From Heptranchias perlo (taxonomy: Eukaryota), in assembly GCF_035084215.1 (NCBI RefSeq), contig NC_090363.1, positions 4,278,001 to 4,342,000 of the forward strand: a stretch of 64,000 nt of DNA, in the 5' to 3' direction. This document shows, piece by piece, positions 1 through 11,700 of the stretch. The translations under genes were made by a program, and so were the position numbers. Positions within the stretch are counted from its first letter, which is position 1, and each line of letters opens with the position of its first letter. Under the pieces are notes generated by a model. The model did not search any database. It was not told the origin of the DNA and saw only the letters and a list, made by a program, of their open reading frames with translations.

Positions 1-2075
1 TCCCCCTTCCAATTCCCGCCTGTTCTCCCCCTTCCAAATCCCCCCTGTTCTCCTCCTTCCAAATCCCCCCTGTTCTCCCCCTTCCAATTCCCGCCTGTTC
101 TCCCCCTTCCAAATCCCCCCTGTTCTCCTCCTTCCAAATCCCCCCTGTTCTCCTCCTTCCAAATCCCCCCTGTTCTCCCCCTTCCAATTCCCGCCTGTTC
201 TCCCCCTTCCAAATCCCCCCTGTTCTCCTCCTTCCAAATCCCCCCTGTTCTCCCCCTTCCAATTCCCGCCTGTTCTCCCCCTTCCAAATCCCCCCTGTTC
301 TCCCCCTTCCAAATCCCCCCTGTTCTCCTCCTTCCAAATCCCCCCTGTTCTCCTCCTTCCAAATCCCCCCTGTTCTCCTCCTTCCAAATCCCCCCTGTTC
401 TCCTCCTTCCAATTCCTGCCTGTTCTCCTCCTTCCAATTCCTGCCTGTTCTCCCCCTTCCAAATCCCCCCTGTTCTCCCCCTTCCAAATCCCCCCTGTTC
501 TCCTCCTTCCAAATCCCCCCTGTTCTCCTCCTTCCAATTCCTGCCTGTTCTCCTCCTTCCAATTCCTGCCTGTTCTCCCCCTTCCAAATCCCCCCTGTTC
601 TCCCCCTTCCAAATCCCCCCTGTTCTCCTCCTTCCAAATCCCCCCTGTTCTCCTCCTTCCAACTCCCGCCTGTTCTCCCCCTTCCAAATCCCCCCTGTTC
701 TCCCCCTTCCAAATCCCCCCTGTTCTCCTCCTTCCAAATCCCCCCTGTTCTCCTCCTTCCAAATCCCCCCTGTTCTCCTCCTTCCAAATCCCCCCTGTTC
801 TCCCCCTTCCAAATCCCCCCTGTTCTCCTCCTTCCAAATCCCCCCTGTTCTCCTCCTTCCAAATCCCCCCTGTTCTCCTCCTTCCAAATCCCCCCTGTTC
901 TCCTCCTTCCAATTCCTGCCTGTTCTCCCCCTTCCAAATCCCCCCTGTTCTCCCCCTTCCAAATCCCCCCTGTTCTCCTCCTTCCAATTCCTGCCTGTTC
1001 TCCTCCTTCCAATTCCTGCCTGTTCTCCCCCTTCCAAATCCCCCCTGTTCTCCCCCTTCCAAATCCCCCCTTTTCTCCTCCTTCCAAATCCCCCCTGTTC
1101 TCCTCCTTCCAACTCCCGCCTGTTCTCCCCCTTCCAAATCCCCCCTGTTCTCCCCCTTCCAAATCCCCCCTGTTCTCCTCCTTCCAAATCCCCCCTGTTC
1201 TCCCCCTTCCAAATCCCCCCTGTTCTCCTCCTTCCAAATCCCCCCTGTTCTCCTCCTTCCAAATCCCCCCTGTTCTCCCCCTTCCAAATCCCCCCTGTTC
1301 TCCTCCTTCCAAATCCCCCCTGTTCTCCTCCTTCCAAATCCCCCCTGTTCTCCTCCTTCCAAATCCCCCCTGTTCTCCTCCTTCCAAATCCCCCCTGTTC
1401 TCCTCCTTCCAAATCCCCCCTGTTCTCCTCCTTCCAAATCCCCCCTGTTCTCCCCCTTCCAAATCCCCCCTGTTCTCCTCCTTCCAAATCCCCCCTGTTC
1501 TCCTCCTTCCAAATCCCCCCTGTTCTCCCCCTTCCAACTCCCGCCTGTTCTCCTCCTTCCAACTCCCGCCTGTTCTCCTCCTTCCAAATCCCCCCTGTTC
1601 TCCTCCTTCCAAATCCCCCCTGTTCTCCTCCTTCCAAATCCCCCCTGTTCTCCCCCTTCCAAATCCCCCCTGTTCTCCTCCTTCCAACTCCCGCCTGTTC
1701 TCCTCCTTCCAAATCCCCCCTGTTCTCCTCCTTCCAAATCCCCCCTGTTCTCCCCCTTCCAAATCCCCCCTGTTCTCCCCCTTCCAAATCCCCCCTGTTC
1801 TCCTCCTTCCAACTGCCCCCTGTTCTCCTCCTTCCAAATCCCCCCTGTTCTCCTCCTTCCAAATCCCCCCTGTTCTCCCCCTTCCAATTCCCGCCTGTTC
1901 TCCCCCTTCCAAATCCCCCCTGTTCTCCTCCTTCCAAATCCCCCCTGTTCTCCTCCTTCCAACTCCCCCCTGTTCTCCTCCTTCCAAATCCCCCCTGTTC
2001 TCCTCCTTCCAAATCCCCCCTGTTCTCCTCCTTCCAATTCCTGCCTGTTCTCCTCCTTCCAACTCCCCCCTGTTT
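1..2075. repeat. 25-bp minisatellite (TGTTCTCCYCCTTCCAAATCCCCCC)n, about 80 copies, truncated by window start
   Basis: 25-nt periodicity with a few recurring variants is directly visible. Confidence 0.97.
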
Positions 2076-2737
2076 TCCACTCTATCGGGATCCAGCCATT
2101 GTACAGAATTATGAATTATGCAATACACTATTTATAATAAACGGGCAATGCCTGTGTTAAAACAGTGGAGTCAGGAATGTTGACCCAATAGTAGACGGAC
2201 AATTGCAATTGTTGGGTATTTTTCAGGGAACAGTTTTGTGAAGGAGATGCAGTAAATTTCGAAAAAGTCCAATTCACACATACGTGTGGGGACCGATCCC
2301 TCGGCTTGCGCCCTTAATTCTACGAAAGCGTGACAGACAAGTGCATCTGCTCTTCATACAATCAGTCACGCTGCTGCCTCTGTTAGCACTTCAAACGCAC
2401 GGGTTCCAACTTGTTTATAATCTTCTAAGAAAAGAAAAAAAAAGACCCTTCAGTCTCCTGTACAGGAAGGTGAGTAACCTCCAATAGACGAACTGATGCT
2501 GCAGGTTGCTCCGGTAACTTGGGCCTATGAGCTGTGAGGTCACAGCCCAGTCGTTGGGTTTAACCACTTCCTCCGCCACTCGTGAGGTCTCCTGTCAGAG
2601 TTTTATTCAACAAACAGAAACAGCTTTTCAACTATTTGGCCGATCCCTTCACTGCTGCCCTAGTGTTTTTTTCCTGCTCTTTGTCTCCACCCAGGTTTCT
2701 CTGCTCCCTGTCACTTGTCCCCTCTGTTTGTCCCCTC

Positions 2738-3040
2738 TCTGCGCTCCTACGATTCTGGCCTCTTGCACATCCCCGATTTTCATCGCTCCACCATTGGCGG
2801 CCGTGCCTTCAGCTGCCTAGGCCCTAAGCTCTGGAATTCCCTCCCTAAACCTCTCCGCCTCTCCCTCTCTCCTTTAAGACCCTCCTTAAAACCTACCTCT
2901 TTGACCAAGCTTTTGTTCACCTGTCCTAATATCTCCTTACGTGGCTCGGTGTCAAATTTTGTTTGATAATCGCTCCTGTGAAGCGCCTTGGGACATTTTA
3001 CTACTTTAAAGGCGCTATATAAATGCAGGTTGTTGTTTGT
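2738..3040 (+). mobile_element. L2-type LINE 3' end fragment (other copies at about 22810-22920, 23610-23908, 25050-25300, 30460-30975, 57925-58255)
   Basis: TIGGRAFSCLGPKLWNSLP translation and tail AAAGGCGCTATATAAATGCA(GTT)n shared with the SINE. Confidence 0.8.
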
Positions 3041-3627
3041 TGTGCAACAAGTTCGGAAACCCGGTCTTTATTAATATTTTAATAAATATTAAATATTAAA
3101 CTGTGTGCAAACACATCTACCCAGTGTGCACTGTATATATCGAATATTAGAATTTGCAGGGCTAGGGGCAATGAGCGGGGGAGTGGGACTGAAGGGATCG
3201 CTCTTTCAAAGAGCCGGGACAGGCACGATGGGCCGAGTGGCCTCATTCTGTGCTGTTTGATTCAACGATTCTAATGGATTTTCGTTTCGCTAGCACAGAG
3301 AATGTTTCCCTCGATCCTAAAGATGGTGTCCGCTCACTGGTACAGTTCCACGGACACCTTTTTGAGACGCACTGTACCAGATGGGAACTAATTATTAGCT
3401 AGCAGGTACATTGCGTATCATGTAGTTCACGGTGTGATAGATGTAAACTACATTGTACCAGACAGGATACAATTCCTCCCCATTCCCCATGTACAGGAGC
3501 TGACACTGAGGTACACACGAGCCATGTACTACCAGAGGGGTGTTACCCAGTGTCTTATTAACATAGACTTTATAATCCATTAGTCCTGGGTGGCCAGTCA
3601 CTTGTGAATATCTCACACGTACCTGTT

Positions 3628-4097
3628 AGCCGTGTCTCAGTGGGCAGCGCTCTCTCTCTCTCTCGCCTCTGACTCAGCAGGTCGTAGGTTCAATTCCTAC
3701 TCCAGAGACTTGAGCGTAAAATCTCGGCCGACACTCCCAGTGCCAGTACTGAGGGAGTGCTGCACTGTCGGAGGTGCCGTCTTTCAGATGAGACGTTAAA
3801 CCGAGGCCCCGTCTGCCCTCTCGGGTGGATGTAGAAGATCCCACGGCCACTATTTCGAAGAAGAGCAGGGGAGTTCTCTCCGTTGCCCTGGCCGAGATTT
3901 ATCCTTCAGCCAACATCACTAAAAAAAACAGATTATCTGGTCATTGCTGTTTGTGGGACCCTGCTGTGGGCAAATTATCTGCCGCGTTTCCTACATTAAA
4001 GCAGCAACTACACTTTAAATGTACTTCATTGCCTGTAAAGAGCTTTGGGACGCCCTGAGGTTGTGAAAGGCGCTATATAAATGCAAGTCTTTCTTTT
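3628..4097 (+). mobile_element. tRNA-derived Deu-domain SINE (SacSINE1-like), full length
   Basis: tRNA-like head (CTCAGTGG...GGTTCAATTCC), central AAACCGAGGCCCCGTCTG block, tail AAAGGCGCTATATAAATGCAAG. Family assignment is from recall. Confidence 0.85.
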
Positions 4098-4176
4098 ACT
4101 TGTGAAAGCAAAGCAGTAAAATTCCATCACAAGGACAGACTCCATCAGCCCACCCCACTGGCTCAGTGGGTAACAG

Positions 4177-4624
4177 TCATAGAGTCATAGAGTCATAGAG
4201 TTATACAGCACGGATAGAGGCCCTTCGGCCCATCGTGTCCGCGCCGGCCATCAAGCCCTGTCTACTCTAATCCCATATTCCAGCATTTGGTCCGTAGCCT
4301 TGTATGCTATGGCATTTCAAGTGCTCATCCAAATGCTTCTTGAATGTTGTGAGGGTTCCTGCCTCCACAATCCTTTCAGGCAGTGAGTTCCAGACTCCAA
4401 CCACCCTCTGGGTGAAAAAGTTCTTTCTCAAATCCCCTCTAAACCTCCCGCCTTTTACCTTGAATCTATGTCCCCTTGTTATAGAACCCTCAACGAAGGG
4501 AAAAAGCTCCTTAGTATCCATCCTATCTGTGCCCCTCATAATTTTGTACACCTCAATCATGTCCCCCCTCAGCCTCCTCTGCTCCAAGGAAAACAAACCC
4601 AATCTTCCCAGTCTCTCTTCATAG
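4177..4624 (-). mobile_element. CR1 3' fragment
   Basis: YEERLGRLGLFSLEQRRLRGD...FFTQRVV; octamer tail (CATAGAGT)n. Confidence 0.9.
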
Positions 4625-5094
4625 CCTGGCGTCTTGCTGAAGCCCTCGGAGCGTGGGAGGTCCCAAGCCCGAGTACTTGGTGCGTGTTGAGTTGGTTGAT
4701 GACGGTCTAGACAGGACACCACAATTGGCTCCTGTACACCCCGAGTGAGGAGAAAGTCATCCAGGGTTCCTGCTTCTGATGACACCCAGTGACCCCTGTG
4801 GGAAAGTGAGAGTGGGGCGAGGACAGTATTGGGCGATGCCGCTCTGGGTTGAATAGCCTGTTGGCACTCACCGTCTGGGCCCTTGGAACTGCATCCCAGT
4901 GAAAGTCAGCATCTTCAGGGGAGAATGGAGGCATGGGGGGGAGGGGAGACAGCCGGTGAGACCCCCTCATCTGCGTCTCGCAGTGGGTTACAGGACCCCA
5001 CGAGGCCTACTTCAAATTCCTGTGGTGACATTAAACACAAGCTCTTTATTTCATTTGTTTCTTTCAGTTAGTTCTATTTTTGAAAAAGTCATCG

Positions 5095-5495
5095 TTAGCT
5101 CAGTGAGCAGCACTCTCTCTCGCCTCTGGGTCAGAAGATCATGGGTTCAAATCCCGCTCCAGAGACTTGAGCACGGAATCCAGGCCGACACTCCCAGCGC
5201 CAGTACTGAGGGAGTGCTGCACTGTCAGAGGTGCTGTCTTTCAGATGAGTCATTAAACCGAGGCCCCGTCTGCTCTCTCAGGTGGATATAAACGATCCCA
5301 TGGCCACTATTTCAAAGAAGGGCAGGGGAGTTCTCCCCAGTGTCCTGGGCCAATATTTATCCCTCAACTAACATCACTAAAAACAGATTATCTAGTCTTT
5401 ATCACATTGTGGGAGCTTGCTGTGTATAAATTGGCTGCCGTTTTTCCTACATTAAAACATTGACTACACTTCAAAATATTTAATTGGCCTGTAAA
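5095..5495 (+). mobile_element. SacSINE1-like SINE
   Basis: Same head and central blocks as 3628-4097. Confidence 0.85.
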
Positions 5496-6849
5496 GGATA
5501 TATTGGCCATGGAGGGGGGAAAATGCAGAAACACCAGAATGATACTGGGGCATAAAGGGTTAAATTATGAGGACAGGTTGCATAAAGTTGGCTTGAATTC
5601 CCTCGAGTACAGAAGATTGAGGTCTTTAAAACAATCAAGGGATAGGGAGCGAAGGCGGGTACATGGAGCTGAGGTGCAGATCAGCCATGATCTGATTGAA
5701 TGGCGGAACAGGCTCGAGGGGCTGAATGGCCTCCTTCTGTTCCTAATGTTTGTTAAGACGCAGCTGGCACAGAACAGCTTCCATGTTTGCTCACATAACA
5801 AAAAGTAATTCAATGCAAGAAGTGGTTTAAGGCATCATAAAGCATTATGGAAATGCAGTTATTTCATATCAGTAAAAAAAATGCTGGAAGGATGAATCTC
5901 AATTTGACTGCAGTGAGGTTGTAATATGAACACCTTCCCAAAAGAGGGCAACAGCGAGCAATTGAAATACAGAGCTCAGACTCACCTTAAATAAGCTCCT
6001 TGGGAATTTGATCAGGATGTGTTATTACTGTTCATAAATTTATCAATAAAATGATTTCACTTATCCAAATGGATTTGCTTAAACCTGCAATACTCAAAAC
6101 CATTAAAAAATGCAAACAAAGCACTGGGGTTCATTTCTAGAGGGGCCATGATAAACTTAACATAATGCCATGGGATCTTTTCTGTCTACCTGAGAGGGCA
6201 GACGGGGCCTCGGTTTAACGTCCCATCCGAAAGACAGTGCAGCGCTCCCTCTGTACGGACACTGGGAGTGTCAGCCTGCATTATGTGCTCAAGTCTCCGG
6301 AGTGGGGATTGAACCCATGACCTTGTGACTCTTGTCGATTATTAAGGTCTCTGTTAAAATGGCCAGCCAAGGAATTACACGTGACTGGATTAAGTGTTCA
6401 TTCGCTGACAGTCATCCTGTGGGCACTGGGGCTTCCTATGTGCTTTGTGGCTGAGGTGAATGCTATCAATTAAGCTATTAATCAAACACAATTGTTATTA
6501 TAAAATCTTTCAAAATCGTTTTATGTTGTCTCAGGAGTTCCAAGAACACGGGATTGCAGGAATTTAATATGTGACTCAATGGAACGATGAGTTGATTTGT
6601 GAACAATAAGGATTAAAAGAGCATTCGCTCAGATACAATGCTCTCTTGTTATCAGCAGGTACTAAGACATTGGGATAAAGTTTATATAGTGCCTTTCAAA
6701 CAGCAATATGATAAATGGCTAGTTTTGTTTTGGTGGTGTTGGTTGAGGGGTGAATGTTGGCCGGGACACCAGGAGAATTCGATTTTCGATAGTGTCATGG
6801 AAACTTCTCCGTCCACCTGAGCAGGTAAACGGGTTAATATCTCATCCAT

Positions 6850-7420
6850 GGGAACAGGAAGAGGCCACTCAGCCCCTCGAACCTGTTCCACCATTCAATT
6901 AGATCATGGCTGATCTGTATCTTAACTCTATCTGCCCGCCTTGGTTCCATAACCCTTAATAACCCTTAACTAACAAAAATCTATCGGTCTCAGTTTCGAA
7001 ATGTTCAGTTGACCCCCAGCCTCAACAGCACTTTTGGGGGAGAGAGTTCCAGATTTCCACTCCCCTTTGTGTGAAGAAGTGCTTCCTGACATCACCCCTA
7101 GCTCTAATTTTAAGGTTATTCCCCCTCGTTCTGGACTCTCCCCACCAGAGGAAATAGTTTCTCTCTATCGACCCTATCAAATCCTTTAATCATCTTAAAA
7201 ACCTCAATTAGATCACCCCTTAATCTTCTCTGCTGGAGGGAATACAAGCCTAGTCTGTGCAACCTGCCCTCATAATTTAACCCTTTTAGCCCCGGTATCA
7301 TTCTGGTGAATCTGCGCTGTACCCCCTCCAAGGCCAATATATCCTTCCTGAGGTGCGGTGCCCAGAACTGAACGCAGTCCCTCCAGATGGGGTCTGACCA
7401 GGGCTTTATATAACTGTAAC
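6850..7420 (-). mobile_element. CR1 3' fragment (degenerate)
   Basis: LYKALVRPHLE, VQRRFTRMIPG, RRLRGDLIEVFK, with frameshifts. Confidence 0.85.
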
Positions 7421-8576
7421 AGGCAACAAAACAGCATTCCTAAGTAAGGCAATGAAGTGTCAGAGAGTTCAACATAGTGGGACTGGAGCCCACAACCACA
7501 GAACACAACCACAGAACTGACACATAAGGCAAAGGGATAAATAAATAAATTAGACAGATGGATCAATAGACAGATAAAGAGATTGAGACAGAGGATAAAA
7601 TAGTTGACCTGATTTACAGATACACAGATGAGAATAATGAAAGCAGTGTTCACATATCACCGATCAAAACATACCTTTCTGATCTGTGGTATTCAGTCAG
7701 CAGATAAACCATTCTGTGATGGGCAGTTTCCCCAGAATGCATAATGCTGCTTCATGCTCATGAATAATAAACTTAGGGCCAGGCGGCCACAACGAATATG
7801 GAACAATTGAACCCAGTCCCGATAAAATGCAACAGTCATTAAGTCTTTGTCCCACTGATGCTCAAAAAAAATCCATTCAGATAGTCAATCCGAGCAAAAC
7901 AGCACAAAACACAGAGCACGATATATACAATCGAGAGATCCTATCTGAAACACAGAGCACATAATTCATTTGGGGATTGGGGAAATTCTGCCCAGTGGAA
8001 GTAAACGTGGAGAGGTTTTAATCCACTGGAATTCGATACAGTGCAAAGGGGTTTCGTCCATTGAAATTCTGTATAATTGGAGGGAATGGGGAAGGAATTG
8101 GATTGATTTCTGTACAATGACTGGGAATGGGATTAACTTCAAATAAATCACATCCCCTCTGTGCACTGCCCGATCCCCTTGTTCCGTTAATTCCTTTCCT
8201 TTTGGATTCCCTTTCCTTTTTAAAAATACAGTTTCCTGCCTTTAACAAACCCTCCCTATCCTCCATCACCCCCCGCTCCCCCATTATCCTCCTGCTCTAT
8301 AGATTTCCCTCTACACTACGCTGGATATGACTTTAAATCTATGATTAATTCTATTACTTATCGATGATTTTGAAAAATTCACTTTCAAGAGAAAATGTGA
8401 ATAAAATCAAGAGAGAGATGGTGCAGGGAGGGGAATACCCGAATATTTTAAAAGTTTAAAAAAAACTTTTACTTTCATCTGCAACTCAATTCCCGTACAA
8501 GCCTCTCTTTTTCCACCTCTCTCTCTCTCACACACCCCCCACCACACAGCCTGCTTCCCGGGGGCTGGCCTGAACT

Positions 8577-8604
8577 GGGTAATCCCCACGAGGCACTTAA
8601 AATA
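8577..8604 (+). promoter_or_regulatory. Paralog 1 proximal promoter: kB-like site plus TATA-like box
   Basis: GGGTAATCCC at 8577-8586 followed 10 nt later by TTAAAATA at 8597-8604, about 130 nt before the ATG. A second kB-like GGGAATACCC lies at 8431-8440. Confidence 0.5.
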
Positions 8605-8728
8605 CGTAGCAGCTTCACCGTGTTGGCTAGAGGCAATTCAAGAGTCGAGAGAGAGAGAGAGAGACATACAGAGAGAGAGAGAGAGAGAAAATCTCCGAAA
8701 GCGTTTTTGGAGCAGTGCAGCAGGGACC

Positions 8729-11700
8729 ATGAACGACGAGAAGACATTGTTGGGTCTTGAGGCTGGCAGGGAGATTGTCATTGAACAGCCAGCGTCTCAG
8801 GGCAGCCGATTGCTCAAGTTGATCTGTACAGTTACAGTTCTGGTGTTTGTGGCTGTTTCTTTGTATCTGTTATTCAGTCAGATTGGATTTCCGCCTTCCA
8901 ACCAGCCTGGCCGGGTATGTAAGATCTCTTCCAAACATCAAGGGGGTTTTAAAATAAATATATAATTCCTTCTCTTTAACCTTCCTTTTATTTAAAGATT
9001 GAAATCTTGTTTCGTTTGTGTTTTAGTTCTGTCTAATTGTGGGTCCAGTCTCTGTATTGTCCTTATGTTAAACCCCATGGGTTGAATCTCATCCTTGTTA
9101 AATCAGTGATGTGACTATGTGTTGCCCCGTTCTGAGGGAAGGGGGGGTGAATTTCCTGCGAGTTTCTCGACTGGCTCTAATTTCGACGGTTTGCCCCGAA
9201 TTTCTGCCGAAATTGCAGAAGCTCCGAGGAAATTCAACCCCCCCGGTTATTCCAGCCCGGTGGTCAACCAGCCCCACTTCTGCCCACCATGAGGCCAACT
9301 TTCCTCTTCCCGGGTGCTGGGAAGAGGCGCACAAAACACTTGTCGCAAATTTCGAGTGCAAACTGCCCGCGATTTGAGTGTTTTAAGTGAAATGAGTCCA
9401 GCCTGTGCCCGGATTTATGATCAGCACTGAGGAGGAACATCTGGATGAATGTTTAACACATCTGTGGGACATTCCTCTGTCTGCTGTTGTCACAGGGGCT
9501 TTAACCCGTCAATTTTAGAGGGGATTTAGTGAGTCCGTCACAACAGTGGACACGGTAATCATAGGAACACATTCTGGGGGGGATCGTTAAATGGGAGGGA
9601 TCGTTAAACGGGAGGGATCGTTAAACGTGGGATCGTTAAATGTGGGATCGTTAAACGGGAGGGATCGTTAAACGGGAGGGATCGTTAAACGGGAGGGATC
9701 GTTAAACGGGAGATCGTTAAACGGGAGGTATCGTTAAACGTGGGATCGTTAAATGTGGGATCGTTAAACGGGAGGGATCGTTAAACGGGAGGGATCGTTA
9801 AACGGGAGGGATCGTTAAACGGGAGATCGTTAAACGGGAGGGATCGTTAAACGGGAGGGATCATTAAATGTGGGATCGTTAAACGGGAGGGATCGTTAAA
9901 CGTGGGATCGTTAAACGGGAGGGATCGTTAAACGGGAAGGATCGTTAAACGGGAGGGATCGTTAAATGGGGGGGATCGTTAAACGGGAGGGATCGTTAAA
10001 CGTGGGATCGTTAAACGGGAGGGATCGTTAAACGGGGGATCGTTAAACGGGAGGGATCGTTAAACGTGGGATCGTTAAACGGGAGGGATCGTTAAACGGG
10101 GGATCGTTAAACGGGAGGGATCGTTAAACGGGAGGGATCGTTAAACGTGGGATCGTTAAACGGGAGGGATCGTTAAACGGGGGATCGTTAAACGGGAGGG
10201 ATCGTTAAACGGGAGGGATCGTTAAACGTGGGATCGTTAAACGGGAGGGATCGTTAAACGGGGGATCGTTAAACGGGAGGGATCGTTAAACGGGGGATCG
10301 TTAAACGGGAGGGATCGTTAAACGTGGGATCGTTAAACGGGAGGGATCGTTAAACGGGGGATCGTTAAACGTGGGATCGTTAAACGGGAGGGATCGTTAA
10401 ACGTGGGATCGTTAAACGGGAGGGATCGTTAAACGGGGGATCGTTAAACGGGAGGGATCGTTAAACGTGGGATCGTTAAACGGGAGGGATCATTAAATGT
10501 GGGATCGTTAAACGGGAGGGATCGTTAAACGTGGGATCGTTAAACGGGAGGGATCGTTAAATGGAGGATCGTTAAACGGGAGGGATCGTTAAATGGGGGG
10601 GATCGTTAAACGGGAGGGATCGTTAAACGGGGGATCGTTAAACGTGGGATCGTTAAACGGGAGGGATCGTTAAACGGGGGATCGTTAAACGTGGGATCGT
10701 TAAACGGGAGGGATCGTTAAACGTGGGATCGTTAAACGGGAGGGATCGTTAAACGTGGGATCGTTAAACGGGAGGGATCGTTAAACGGGGGATCGTTAAA
10801 CGGGAGGGATCGTTAAACGGGAGGGATCGTTAAACGTGGGATCGTTAAACGGGAGGGATCGTTAAACGGGGGATCGTTAAACAGGAGGGATCGTTAAACG
10901 GGAGGGATCGTTAAACGTGGGATCGTTAAACGGGAGGGATCGTTAAACGGGGGATCGTTAAACGTGGGATCGTTAAACGGGAGGGATCGTTAAACGTGGG
11001 ATCGTTAAACGGGAGGGATCGTTAAACGGGGGATCGTTAAACGGGAGGGATCGTTAAACGGGAGAGATCATTAAACGGGAGAGATCACATCTGCTGCCTG
11101 TTATACGCCACACCTGATATTAGGTTCTATTGAAGTCAATGAGACCCAATTATCAGACGGGGCGTAGAACAGGCAGACGATTCGATACTGATTGCTTTGC
11201 ACAACTGCCCGGGACTGATTTCTACCCCGAAGTGTCCGTTGAGGTCAGCAGTAATATCTAGGCTTTGGTGTGAATCTCCTGTTTAATCTCGAACTCTCTC
11301 TGTTTCCTTCTGCAGAAAGCAGCACTGAGAGAAGCTGAGAATCTGCCTGCTAACAGTGGTGAGCGCTCCCTGCCTCTCCCTCCCTCTCCCTCCCTGCCTC
11401 TCACCCTGTCTGTCTCTCTCTCTCCCTCTCACCCTGTCTGTCTCTCTCCCTCCCTGCCTCTCACCCTGTCTGTCTCTCTCTCTCCCTCCCACCCTGTCTG
11501 TCTCTCTCCATCCCTGCCTCTCACCCTGTCTGTCTCTCTCCATCCCTGCCTCTCACCCTCTCACCCTGTCTGTCTCTCTCTCTCCCTCCCACCCTGTCTG
11601 TCTCTCTCCATCCCTGCCTCTCACCCTCTCACCCTGTCTGTCTCTCTCCCTCCCTGCCTCTCACCCTCTCACCCTGTCTGTCTCTCTCCCTCCCTGCCTC

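Noticed and set aside
2284-2487. Short ORF with a strong donor-like AAG/GTGAGT near 2470
   Set aside because: No homology or linked exons identifiable; a gene cannot be supported.
3628-3710. tRNA gene-like A/B boxes (also near 5095, 15240 and 47300)
   Set aside because: These are SINE heads continuing into the Deu domain, not tRNA genes.
8919-8924. Alternative donor GTAAGA 4 nt downstream of the exon 1 end of paralog 1
   Set aside because: It would shift the frame; the phase-0 donor at 8915 matches all paralogs.
9578-11086. CRISPR-like regular array
   Set aside because: No unique spacers, eukaryotic intron context, no cas genes.
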